A DNA stretch of 64,000 nt from positions 62,001-126,000 of the forward strand of contig CM120645.1 in the NCBI GenBank assembly GCA_051362555.1, in the 5' to 3' direction. The translations under genes were made by a program, and so were the position numbers. The notes below the pieces were generated by a model that saw only the letters and a program-made list of their open reading frames with translations, searched no databases and was not told the origin of the DNA. Positions 12,444 to 26,600 of this stretch are shown here, piece after piece. This DNA is from Lingula anatina. Taxonomy: Eukaryota > Animalia > Brachiopoda. Position 1 is the stretch's first letter, and each line of letters starts with the position of its first letter.

Positions 12444-12570
12444 TGCACTGGAAAAAGACCCTGACCTTTGACCTTTCTAAAATCAAGATGGCTGCGCCCA
12501 TGTAGACCACCTGTGTACGACTGCTGCCTCCTCCTCGCTTGAAAAGATCGCCAGAGGAATAAAATGGCAG
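12444..12570. promoter_or_regulatory. Very compact bidirectional PEX26/RPP14 promoter and RPP14 non-coding first exon
   Basis: The PEX26 ATG (12443, -) lies ~45 bp from a YY1-type AAGATGGC (12485). Perfect DR1 TGACCTTTGACCT at 12462-12474. Plus-strand donor CAG|GTAAAA at 12570, pairing with an acceptor at 12951. Confidence 0.6.
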
Positions 12571-13027
12571 GTAAAAATGGGACACTGGGATAATAACTAT
12601 AAGGGATTAAGTTGTTGTAGAATAAAACATTGATGTAAAATTGGAGAAGTTCTACGTGTATAGAAACTGCATTAATCATGTCAGACTCAAAGACGTCATG
12701 TTTTACGAGCTCAGCCGAGTCAGTATACATAATAATATTATTAGTAAAATTATAATATGTGCGAGTTTGCTAATACCACTGCGACTACATGTATGTCCAT
12801 CCAGCGACTGTAAATTATGGAACTATTATTCATTTAATTGTAAATGGAATGTGATTCATTTTCGTGTTTTTGGAGTTAATAACTTAATTATATTAACTGA
12901 AAAGTTCACAATAAAATACATAAGTAAAATCGATTTTTATTGTAATTTTAGGTATTTTTCCTCCATCATCAAAGTGAAGCCTTTAGTGCAGTCAACACGT
13001 ACCAGTGGCACATTCAGCACATCCAAC

Positions 13028-15187
13028 ATGTACAGAAGGATTGTCAGCAAGGGGAAGGCTGAGTATTTCTACCTACATGTCACATTGTGAGTAGAAAATA
13101 GATTTGAACCGCATCTAAGTTGATTAAATGTATGGACGTATTAAATATAATACTCTTTCTGAACACATAAGATTTTTTATTGAAACGTAAAAAAAATTAA
13201 AGAAGTTAACACATTTTTATACTCAACAAATTAGGACATAGTATTATGTACAAATGTAAGCTATGGAATGATTTGATCTTTACATTGACATGGCAGCTGA
13301 CCCTTCGATAAACAAGACATGCATATTTGTTAAGTTGTATCAAGGATATTTACTACTTAATTAGTTACATCACCTTATTTTGTTGGGAATGACTGTTCCC
13401 TGTATCAACTTGTGACCTCACTCGCTTTTTTTTTCCAGTGTATTGTACTGTGTTGCGCTTTTTAAGTCTGACCCCTATAAAAGATATTCAATAATATGTA
13501 CCCACATATTGTACATGTACTTCTATTCTATACACCACAAATGCTACTTAGTATATAGAAATATGATTTCATTAAAATGATTCAAAAATGATGTATCTGA
13601 AAGATCCCCCAGCTAGAATGGGAGCCCCGGCTGCCCACGGGTTCCCAGGCTGCCAAAGAGACTGCCAGGGAGACTGCCCTTTTGCAGTCTGGGGCTCTAG
13701 TGTGCAGTCTCCTTGAGTAGGCAGACTGCAATAACTTAAACATTTTTGCAGGAGACTGCAAAGGGGGCTGCAAAAACTTCAACATTTTGCAGGAGACTGC
13801 AAAGGAGGCTGCAATAACTTAAATATTTTGCAGGGAACTGCAAAGGAGGCTGCAATAACTTCAACATTTTGCAGGAGACTTCAAAGGGGGCTGCAATAAC
13901 TTAGAATATTTCACAGGGGACTGCAAACTAAACTGAAATAACTGACATTTTCAACGTTGGCCAACGTATGCAATAAACAACCCAATAGTTATTTAAAAAG
14001 TGTTTCTATCCGCAATTGAGAAGCACATGTGCTAAACTTTTGATTACTAACTAAGTGAAGTTTTATATTTTTTTTAATTTTTTATTTTCTATTAAATATT
14101 TTAGATTTATATTTTTTTAATAATGCTGTGAAAATATCCTTTATTATTGCTATAATTTTCATTGAAATCAGACAAATAATTGAAGTCTTATGATAATATA
14201 CAATTGCATAATATATAAATTTTTAACCTCACAGTTAGCATCAATTTAAGTTGGACTTGTGATTAAAATTAACTGGTAACTTTCAAAACCAAATTCATTT
14301 CAAGCCAGGGCCATGTTTATCTTAACTGTCAGCTTGATATAAACAGTTCACCTACAGCTTGCCCAATGAGGTCAAATAACTATACAGCACAGGCAGTAGT
14401 ACATGACCGTTGAGCTAATTAATTCAAAACTCTAAGCCAGAAGCTAGGTCAGAAATGTTCTAAGGAAGAGGCAAGAAATCTGAAAACATTGATTTCTGGA
14501 TTGAAAAAGCTAGAAGACATTTTTAGGAAATGCATGTAGAAAGAAAAATGAAGAAGGACAGAGACAGGATAAGAAGTGAGCATGCAAGTCTTTTTGGTTT
14601 TGTATTTTCCTACATGTATAGTTTACTGATGCATCAGGATCCATAGAGCTTTAGGAAGTGTTCAATTTTAGCCCAGCACTTTGAATTCTGTTTGTGGTTT
14701 TTAAAAGTACTTGAAATTGCTATTAGGCTAGAAAAAGGTTTGCATTTAACCATTTCGGTCCTTTTGTCAATTAAAATATTATTTCAAACTTTGCAGTTTT
14801 TGACATGAATATAGACAATAATTCACAGATGAGGATAACACCTTTTAAAACATCGATCTTTGTACTTTTCATTATCATGCAATGTGTTAAAAATACAAAA
14901 TTTAAATGAAATGAGCCTTTTTATGTACAGACACAGATGTGTCTGTACATATAGCCATCATCTGCGTCTGTCGTCGCCGTCGCCGTCGTCGCCGTGCACT
15001 TTTACCGATAACACGATAAGTGGAAAACTGTTTTTTCTTTTGGCTTGAAACTTAAAGAACTGATGAATATTTGTAATATGCAGGTCAAGTTCGAAAATCA
15101 GCATGATCGGGTCACTTATAGGGAATTTATGCTGTTTTTATGTACAGACACAGATGTGTCTGTACATATAGCCATCATCTGCGTCTG

Positions 15188-15218
<31 letters not shown>

Positions 15219-18200
15219 GCACTTTTACCGATAACACGATAAGTGGAAAACCATTTTACCTTTTGACTTGAAACTTACAGAACTGATGAATATTCATAAT
15301 ACGCAGGTCAAGTTCGAAAATCAGCATGATCGGGTTACTTTTAGGGAATTTATGCTGTTTTTTCATTTTTTCAGCATGTATGCAGCACCGATAACACGAT
15401 AAGTGGAAAACCATTTCACCTTTTGACTTGAAACTTACAGAACTGATGAATATTCATAATACGCAGGTCAAGTTCGAAAATCAGCATGATTGGGTCACTT
15501 TTAGGGAATTTATGCTGTTTTTCCACTTTTTTCAGCATATATGCAGCACTGATAACACGATAAGTGGAAAACCATTTTACCTTTTGACTTGAAACTTACA
15601 GAACTGATGAATATTCATAATACGCAGGTCAAGTTCGAAAATCAGCATGATCGGGTCACTTTTAGGTAATTTATGCTGTTTTTTCACTATTTTCAATATA
15701 AATGCAACACTGATAACACAATATAAGAAAAACGGATTGGCCAATTGTAAATATACTCACAGGAGTGGTCAATCTTACTAAAACGCAGGTTGAGTTCGAA
15801 AATAAGCATAATCGGGCCATTACTTAAGAAGTTATACTGTTTTTTCACATTTCCTCAGATTCAATTATTAGGCATGTTAACAGTCTCATTATTTAACTAA
15901 TAAGATGCCTAAAAGTGTTTGTTTGATATTTCCTGCATCTTTACAACATTGTTAGTTGATTATGTAAAAAACATGGTAAACTTGTTATCATGTATTGTGT
16001 AATAAAGTGTCAAAAATGGAAATAAACTCATATCATTGCAGTTTGTCAGATTCAATCATCCACTATGTTCAGAATCTCAGAATGGAGGAAATTGGACATT
16101 TAACACTGTTCTATTGATACTTTTCCCATCTCATCAATTTTCTTAGTTGGACATATAAAAATGGCAGTAAAATGTGTATTTTGTTTTATGTTAAAAAAGT
16201 GTTAAAAATGGAAATAAACCCATTTCAGAACAGTGCTGTCTTGTTTACATTTTGGCATTATCAAGGCGTGACTTTGAAGTTCCATGGGCCTGAAGACCTT
16301 TGCTAGTCACATTTTCTGAATATCTGTGATACAAATATTTTATAATTAAAAATTGATGGTCATTAAGCTGTTAAACATTATGTAATATTGCATCAAAATT
16401 TGAAGAAACCCCCATTTTGGGCACTGCTTCCATGATGACCATTTAAGGAAAATCATGTCACTTACTGTTTTCAAACTTACAGGATAGAAACATGGGACTA
16501 AAATACAGCTTCAGTAGGCAATGCAGTCTGTTTGGTTTTTTTTTTTTTTTTTCTTTTTCTTTCTTTTTTTTTTCTTTTTGGCAGTTAAACAGTTTTTTGT
16601 GAAAATTTAATTTTTTACATATTGGCATTTTCAAGGTGTGACTTTAAAGTTCCATGATCTTGAAGACTTTTGCTTGTCACATTTTCTGAATGTTTTTTCA
16701 CTTTTCAGCATATATGCAACACTGTAAATACAATATAAGAAAAACAGATGGGCCAATTGTCATTAAACTTACAGGAGTGGTCATTCCTGCTAAAACGCAG
16801 GTTGAGTTCAAAAATCAGCATAATCAGGCCATTATTTTAAAAAAAATGCAGTTTTTTCACATTTCCTCAGATTCAATTCTTAGGCATGTAAACAGTTTCA
16901 TTATTGAACTAATAAGATACGTAAAAGTGTTTGTTTGGCATTTTCTGCATCTTTACAACATTATTAGTTGATTATGTAAAAATGATGGTAAACTTGTTAT
17001 CGTGTATTGTGTAATAAAGTTTCAAAAATGGAAATAAACCCATATCATTGCAGTTTGTCAGATTCAATCATTCACTATGTTCAGAATGTCAGAATGGAAG
17101 AAATTGGACATTTAACACTGCTCTGTTGATATTTTTCCCATCTCATCAATTTTCTTAGTTGATCATATAAAAACGGCAGAAAACTGTTAATTTTGTTTTA
17201 TGTTAAAAATTGTTAAAAATGGAAAAAAAAAAATTCAGAACAGTGCTGTCTCATTTACATTTTGGCATTTTCAAGATGTGACTTTGAAGTTCCATGGGCC
17301 TGAAGACCTTTGCTAGTCACATTTTCTGAATATCCATAATACTAATATTTTATTATTAAAATTGATGGTCATTATGCTGTTAAACATTATGTAATATTGC
17401 ATCAAAATTTGAAAAAAAAAAAACTATTTTGGGCACTGCTCCCATGATGACCATTTAAGAAAAACCATGTCATTTACTGTTCTCAAACTTACAGGAAAGA
17501 AACATGGGACTAAAATACAGCTTCAGTAGGAAATACAGTCTGTTTGGTAATTCTTACTACCAGTTAAACAGTTTTTTTGTGAAAATTTAATTTTTCACAT
17601 ATTGGCATTTTCAAGGTGTGACTTTGAAGTTCCACGGGCTTGAAGACCCATGCTAGTCACATTATCTGAAAATCCATGATACTTATATTTTATTATTAAA
17701 AATTGACGGTCATTATGCTGTTAACCATTATGTAATATGGCATCAGAATAGAAGAAAACACAATTTTGGGTGCTGCTGCCATGATGACCATTATGGGAAA
17801 ACCATGTTACTTATGATTGCCAAACTTTCAAAAAAGAAATACAGGACTAAAATGCAGTCTGAGTTGGAAAAGCAGTCTAATTGACTTCTTTTTCTGGAAG
17901 TTATACATTTTCAAAGTGTAAAATTGTCACATATTTTAATTACATTGGTAATACCTGTTGAGGATAATTAAAATTTGATGTTGAATTTGCAGTTTAACAT
18001 AATGTATTTTTGCATCAGAATTGACAGTAGCCTATTTTGTGCATAGTTATTTCCTGTTTTTTGTCTGTACATTTGACAGCTTTGCTGCCTTGTTTCACTT
18101 TTTTCAGCATATATGCAGCACCGATAACATGATAAGTGGAAAACCATTTTACCTTTTGGCTTGAAACTTACAGAACTGATAAATATTCATAATACGCAGG

Positions 18201-21200
18201 TCAAGTTCGAAAATCAGCATGATCGGGTTACTTATAGGGAATTTATGCTGTTTTTTCACTTTTTTCAGCATATATGCAGCACCGATAACACGATAAGTGG
18301 AAAACCATTTTACCTTTTGGCTTGAAACTTACAGAACTGATAAATATTCATAATATGCAGGTCAAGTTCGAAAATCAGCATGATCGGGTCACTTATAGGG
18401 AATTTATGCTGTTTTTTCACTTTTTTCAGCATGTATGCAGCACCGATAACACGATAAGTGGAAAACCATTTTACCTTTTGGCTTGAAACTTACAGAACTG
18501 ATGAATATTCATAATACGCAGGTCAAGTTTGAAAATCAGCGTGATTGGGTCATTTTTAGTGAATTTAGGCTATTTTTTCTCTTTTTTCAGCATATAAGCA
18601 GCACAGATAACACCATAAATGTAAAACCATTTTACCTTTTGGCTTGAAACTTACAGAACTGATGAATATTTATAATATGCAGGTAAAGTTCGAAAATCAG
18701 CATGATCGGGCCATTTTTAGGGAAGTTATGCTGTTTTTTCACTTCTTTCAACATATATGCAACGCTAATAACACAATATAAGAAAAACAGATAGGCCAAT
18801 TGTCATTATACTCACAGGAGTAGTCAGACTAACTAAAACGCAGGTTGAGTTCCAAAATCAGCATAAACGGGCCATTCTTTTAGAAGTTCTGCTGTTTTTT
18901 CACATTTCCTCAGATTTAATTGTTAGGCATGTTAACAGTCTCATTATTGAACTAATAAGATACGTAAAAGTGTTTGTTTGACATTTCCTGTATCTTAATA
19001 ACATTGTTAGTTGATTATGTAAAAATGATGGTAAACTTGTTATTGAGTATTATGTTATAAAGTGTCAAAAATGGAAATAAACAAATATCATTGCAGTTTG
19101 TCAGATTCAATCATCTACTATATTCATTATCTCAGAATGGAGGAAATTGGACATTTAACACTGTTCTATTGATATTTTTCCCATCTCATCAATTTTCTTA
19201 GTTGATCATATACAAATGGTAGAAAACTGTTTATTTTATGTTAAAAAAGTGTTTTAAAAATGGAAGTAAACCCATTGCAGAACAGTGCTGTCTTGTTTCA
19301 GCATATATGCAGCACCGATAACACGATAAGTGGAAAACCATTTTACCTTTTCCCTTGAAACTTACAAAACTGATGAATATTCATAATACGCAGGTCAAGT
19401 TTGAAAATCAGCATGATCGGGTCATTTTTAGGAGAGTTATGCTGTTTTTCACTTTTTTCACCATATATGCAACACTGATAACATGATAAGTGAAAAATCA
19501 TTTTACCTTTTGGTTTGAAACTTGCAGAACTTATGAATATTCATATTACGCAGGTCAAGTTCGAAAATCAGCATGATCGGGTCATTTTTAGGGTAGTTAT
19601 GCTGTTTTTTCACTTTTTTCAGCATATATGCAGCACCGATAACACAATAAGTGGAAAACCATTTTACCTTTTGGTTTCAAACTTAACGAACTGATGAATA
19701 TTCATAATACGCAGGTCAAGTTTGAAAATCAGTATGATTGGGTCATTTTTAGGGAAGTTATGCTGTTTTTCACTTTTTCAGCATATATGCAACACTGAAA
19801 ACATGATTAGTGGAAAACCATTTTACCTTTTGGTTTGAAACTTGCAGAACTAATGAATATTCATAATACGCAGGTCAAGTTTGAAAATCAGCATGATCAG
19901 GTCATTTTTAGGGAAGTAATGCTGTTTTTTCACTTTTTTTCAGCATGTATGCAACACCTTTGTGCTATATGATGGTACTGTATGGATAGCAGTCTATAAA
20001 ATTGTCCCTTGGGTGATCACTAATTAAATTAAGGTCTATAAAGTCACTTGCCCACTCATTAATTTTCAATTGGCCATTAAATGAGATTACATAAAACACT
20101 CCTTGAGATTTCCCTGTAAAGTCCCATAGGTTTAGCTCTCTTAACTGTGTCACAAAATTAGGATTTGGTGATAATTGTGCAGATAAATGGTGTTTAACAT
20201 TGCAAATAAATTTACAACAAAAAGAATGTGTTATGCCAACATGCTATAGATGAATAACAGTGGTTTATTTTTCTCAAACTTGTTGGGGTTATTAATATCA
20301 AGTTAATACAGCTAGATTAAAAGTTTGAATAGCAGCTTTATTGGAATTTTTTACGTTTTATTTAAAATTTTTTTGAAATTATTTTTCAAACACTAGCATC
20401 TTCAAGATGTGATTTTTTACTCCCATCCACCAGAAGTGCTGTGCATTTTCTGTATTTTTGTGTATAATTGTTATTTCTTCAGATTTAATTCTTAGGCATG
20501 TTAACAGTCTCATTATGGAACTAATAAGATATGTAAAAGTGTTGTTTTGACATTTTCTGCTTCTTAACAATATTGTTTGTTGATTATAAAAAAATAACGG
20601 TAAACCTGTTATAATATTGTGCATTGTGTAATAAAGTATCATAAATGGAAAGGAACTCATCATTGCAGTTTGTCAGATTTAATCATTCACTATGTTCAGC
20701 ATCTGCAAATGGAGCAAATTGGACATTGAAAATTGTTTTATTGATATTTTTCCTATGTCAACAATTTTCCTAGTTAAACATTTAAAAATGACAGTTTATT
20801 GATCATTTTGTTTTAAAAAAGGTGTTGAAAATGGAAAGAAAATCATTTCAGTACAGTTATTTCTTGTTTACATTTTGGCATTTTGAAAGTGTGACTCTGA
20901 ACTGCCATGGCCTTGAAGACCTTCCCAAATCACATTTTCTGAATATTCATGATACTTTTATTTTTTTATAAAAAATTTTGATGGTCATTATGCTGTTAAG
21001 TATTATGTTTTATTGCATGAAAGTTGAAGAAAACCCTATTTTGGACACTGCTGCCAGGATAGCGATTAAGGGAAAACCATGTTACTTACGATACTGAAAC
21101 TTACTGAAAAGTTTCATAAGACAGAAGTGCGCAGCTTGTGTTTGAAAACCAGTGTGATTGTTTTCTGTTTTGGAGGCAATGCAGGTTTATAGAGTGCTAC

Positions 21201-21337
21201 ACTGGCATTTTCAAGTTGTGACTTATCACTCCCATCTGCCAGTAGCCCTGTACTCTTACTTTGTAACATTTTCTGTATTTTGTTAAGTTACAAGAATGAT
21301 TCTTAGGATTGACATACAGCCAAAAAAAATAAATAAA

Positions 21338-21426
<89 letters not shown>

Positions 21427-23588
21427 TTTTTTTAATGAGTTTAAGCAATTTTTTTTTTGTGTGTAATTTTCACTGTACCTCATTCTGGCATTTCCAAAGT
21501 TTAACTCTTATCAGCCTGACACCTTAGGGACTATTTCCAGACCCTATCACGCTAACTGTGGATCGATCTATCTCCATGGGAATTCTTGCTAAATTGCAAT
21601 CAATGTAAGTGGCTTAGTTGTCTGTCACGCCTACTGAAACTGGCATGCCAGAATCCTAAGACTCTCAAACTGAAAGCAATTTATTGAGAAACCCCTTGGA
21701 GTTGGATTGATCCTGTTAGATTGATCTAGGTATGGGAACTTAGTCTAATGCTTGATACACATTTTACTTTCATCCTAATCCAATGTTATGCAGAATAAGA
21801 ATTTGATGTTGGCTATGCAGTTACAGTAAGCATAATACATTAGTTTATCAGAATTGACAGTATCCTATTTCCTGCGTTTTTATTTTCTGGTTTTTGTCTG
21901 TACATTTGACAGCTTTGCTGCCTTGTTTTCCTTTGGTATGTACACTTTAAAAATTGTTTTAGTGTATAACTTACCCACATTAGTTAAAAAACCTTAAAAA
22001 TTACTTGAAATATTGCTCTTATGTGTCTGTATCGATGTATGAATCCTGGCCAGTGAATTCTGTGACTGAGTTTTTGGAATGATTAAATAACGTACAGTAG
22101 AATTCCCAGCCCTCTGCTAATATGGGCTTTGTAGAAAAATATATATGTAAAATAGTAAACTGAACTAAATAGTATGGAGAAAAATAAACCAATACGTTAG
22201 ATATATATGAATCAGATAACATACATTTTGTGATCAAGGGGAAATTTTGTATTTAGATTTGAACTTACACACATGCTTGGGAGAAAGATTATTTCTAGAT
22301 TCCTTTTGATAAATGTAATTATTATTTGAATATATATACATGTATATGACTTAAAAAAAAAATAAATAAATAAATAAAAAGATTTTGCCAAATTTCATTT
22401 TGCTAAGCAAACTGCTACTCTGAAGTGCCAAATAAACGTGCCGGCACGTTTATTTTTTTTCCGGAAATTTTCCACCCGGCACGATCTTATTCTCCCCGGC
22501 ACGATTAATAATTTTCCACACGGCACGGTTATTTGGCACTCACTGTGCCGGTTGGAAATATTTTTGATCGTTTCGGAAATGTTGATGATCGTTTCATTGG
22601 ACAAGTTAATAATTATTAATGACCTGTCGCAAGCACTACACTCGAACTTGTTTTTAGCGTAAATAATAGCCAGTGTTTCTCCAGCATATAAAGAGCGAGG
22701 CGCCGCGCTGAAATTTGTCAAAAGCACCGACTCGCTGGTCTGAATGGAACAAAAATGTATATTTTCACTCATGCTAACTGAAATTTATATTTATTTCTAA
22801 GCAAATATGGCATTCTATTTACATACTGTACGTAATCCCATGCTTCTGAGCACTTGATTTAGTAGTAACGAAAATACGCATGCGCGTATGCCATCTCCCT
22901 GTGAGTGCCTCGTTCTCGCAGTTCTGTGCTTTATTTGAAGTATACGAGACAGAGCGAAACGAGGCAACTGCTCTCGACATTTAGTCACATGTCACAAATA
23001 CACTTTCTCTGTCACTTCGTCATGTTCCGAAATTAAGACCGCCTGTTGTGTGTTTTTATAGTTTACGTTTATTCACTGATAAAAATGGAGAAAATTAAGT
23101 GCACTTTGTTGATTTTATAAATTTGGAGAAGATTTTCTACTGATTTACGGGTTAGTTTTGTGAAAGCAGTAGCGTTGTAAAACTGGGTCACGTCAGTATT
23201 TCGCGTGCATTGATTATGAATTTCCATGACTGAATAGAATCATATAAATGAACAAACGAAGAACTCAAATTGGTGATAAGTGTGATTTTAATCTCTTTAA
23301 TTCTGAAAAATTCATTTCACGGTGTTTGAAGTTGTTGATTATAAATTACATCTAAAACTACGTATAATTAGTAGCGGGAGTCGCTTTGCGCTGAACGACA
23401 GGAGAGAGAACATTTTTTGCGGCAGTTTTATTTAAGGATGAAGCGCTCCCACACGCAAAGTCAATTGACCAGTTACTTTCAGAAAGGTGAAAAATGGTAA
23501 GAACAACATATTATATCAACTTTTTGGTCAATCCAAAAATAATTCAATATAGGAAGCCCTTTTTCTTGATTCCTGTAAGTATTAAAGT

Positions 23589-23638
<50 letters not shown>

Positions 23639-26600
23639 AAATAGTATGTTCTATAATTTTTGAAAGTTTAAATTAGCATTATAGGAACTGCTGCTGCTGA
23701 ACCTTAAACATCAAGATTGACTAAACTGAGTGAATGCATAGACAGGAAAATAAATTTTGTCTAAACCTTTGTTATGTCATTACTAAATTAATTCCTAAAA
23801 AACATCTAAAACAAGACAATTCAGTGACACATAAGATGTAAAAAAAAAATTACATAAATACCCTAAAATGCACCAAATTGCACCTCGATTGAAAAAATTT
23901 TCCAGGGGAGCTTGGTGATAGAGATTACTCTAAATAGTTAAAATATGTTAAACTATGTGTATAAAATCAAAGGTAAATTTGTCTAGATATTGTGTTTTTT
24001 ATGTTAAATAAACAAAATTTTTCCAGATTTGAATATAATTTGAAATTGCCATTACAATTATTCATTGAAATTATTAAAATTGATAAAATTTTCCGGGGGG
24101 CACAGTTATTCCGCTAGGCACTGTTATTAAATATCGGGAATTTTTCCAGGGGGCACAGTTATTCCGCTAGGCACTGTTATTAATTTTGGAAAGTTTTCCG
24201 GGGGGCACTGTTATTCCGGTAGGCACTCTTATTCGGCACTTCAGAGTAAGGAGACTGCAGAGTAGACTGCGAGAGGGGCTGCCAAGCAGACTGCTAGGGG
24301 GACTGCCAAGCAGACTGCTAGGGAGACTGCTAAAGCAGACTGCCAAGGGGACTGCCCTGGCAGTCCCCCTGGCAGCGCGTTCCAAATATGCAAATTAAGA
24401 CTGCCAGGGGGACTGCCAAGCAGACTGCTAAGGGGGCTGCCAAGCAGACTGCCAGGGGGACTGCCCTGGCAGTCTCCCTGGCAGCGCGTTCCAAAAATGC
24501 AAATTAAGACTGCCAAGGGGACTCCCTCCATACTTAACGATACCTGCAAAGGAGACTGCTGTGGGAGCGGGGACTGCTAGGGAGACTGCAAAGCAGGCTC
24601 CATAGGGGGACTGTTAAGGAAACTACAAGCAGACTGCAAAGGGGACTACTTTTCTAGCTGGGCGGGCATAATTTTCACCATCGAGAAAAAGATCAAATAA
24701 TTTAACCCTTATTATTTTCTTGAATTGTAGCAAATATATAGACGTGAATTAAAAATAGAGCTTCCAAATTGCAAAAATAGTGTCATTGCAACAGAAATGT
24801 AAAAAATACTTTTATTAAGAATCATCACACTTTATTTTGATTTAGAGAATTTGAAGATTTTGAAGATGTCCCTGTAGATGCCATCAAGTTCAAGACAATA
24901 ATTGTGGATGCACTACAGGGTCTCTTTGGCTTAGTAAGTGCTATGACCAGTTTTTTTTTGTTGCCAGTTATCACTACAGGGTCTCTTTGGCTTAGTAAGT
25001 GCTATGATCAGTTTTTTTGTTGCCAGTTATCACTACAGGGTCTCTTTGGCTTAGTAAGTGCTATGATCAGTTTTTTTGTTGCCAGTTATCACTACAGGGT
25101 CTCTTTGGCTTAGTAAGTGCTATGATCAGTTTTTTGTTGCCAGTTATCACTACAGGGTCTCTTTGGCTTAGTAAGTGCTATATGATCAGTTTTTTTGTTG
25201 CCAGTTATCACTACAGGGTCTCTTTGGCTTAGTAAGTGCTATGATCAGTTTTTTTGTTGCCAGTTATCACTACAGGGTCTCTTTGGCTTAGTAAGTGCTA
25301 TATGATCAGTTTTTTTTTTGTTGCCAGTTATCACTACAGGGTCTCTTTGGCTTAGTAAGTGCTATGATCAGTTTTTTTGTTGCCAGTTATCACTACAGGG
25401 TCTCTTTGGCTTAGTAAGTGCTATATGATCAGTATTTTTTAATGTTGCCAGTTATCACTACAGGGTCTCTTTGGCTTAGTAAGTGCTATGATCAGTTTTT
25501 TTGTTGCCAGTTATCACTACAGGGTCTCTTTGGCTTAGTAAGTGCTATGATCAGTTTTTTTTGTTGCCAGTTATCACTGCCAGCTAGGGTAGTATTAAGA
25601 TTTTGTGTTGTTTATTTTTTCAACCACCTGATCCATAGCATTTGTTGTTTATTTTTTTAACCACCAGATTCATAGCATTATCTATTTTAACAGTAACAAA
25701 AACCATTGGGAATAGTTGTATAACAAAATTAAGTCATTTTGTTCTATGGAAGTTAAATATATCAGAATACTTCCGCTAGTGTGAGATTGTCCTCAGAGCT
25801 GTCGCCCCTTCACGTCCTGTATTCTCTGTACTCTAGGCAGGCGCCAGTATTCCTGCAGACATCTTGAAGTTTCACCAACCTAAGCGCAGTGCTGTGTTAA
25901 GGGTGCCAAGCAGGTAGGTACAGATGGCTGAATAAAAGAATTCTGGACATAGCCAAAATATAACAGCAAGTTCTGGGAATTAATGAACATAAGTTGATTG
26001 GTTTGGAAATAATGGTTATTTATCCAGGTAAAATCTCACACACGTTCTGCCATTTTCTTCCCCAAAGTATCCCATTGGAATATCTTTTTACGTTAAGACT
26101 GTTTTAGGACTCTTTAGAAACAAAGAAGATTGTGTTAGTTGAGATGGTATTGTGACCTGAATCAGCTTTCGGAGTCACCGACCAATTTTGCCCGCTGTAA
26201 ATAACATCTGACTGCTCAACTTATAATTGATTGATTAGAGAGCTATTTGTTAACTGTTTGATGTGTTTAAAATCCTACTGAGGACATTGCCAATTGCCCA
26301 TAGGATATTACTGTTATTGATATAGTTTTATTATTGATTTGATTCTCATTATAATCTCATGTTTCCATAACAACAGGGGAACATCCATGTTTCTTTGTCA
26401 TGAACTTCCACAAAGTAAGACAGAATGATTAAAGGACATGCCTCTTTTTAGATGGGCAGCTAGGCTAAATATACAATTTTGAAAACCTTATTCTTCATTA
26501 TGTTAATTGACATATCCTAGGCCTGGTATGCCTGCTCTGGTCAGATCACATTGGGAAGCTGCAGGATGCCCCAGGAGGGAGGAGTGTGTGGGGGGAAGTG

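Larger units (their letters stand above)
13608..24662. mobile_element. Non-autonomous TIR element (family C) enclosing nested insertions, in an RPP14 intron
   Basis: Termini CCCAGCTAGAA (13608) and TTCTAGCTGGG (24662). Both arms carry GACTGC-rich subterminal repeats (13650-13930 and 24250-24650). No clean TSD seen, so the superfamily is uncertain (CMC/EnSpm-like by inference). Confidence 0.6.
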
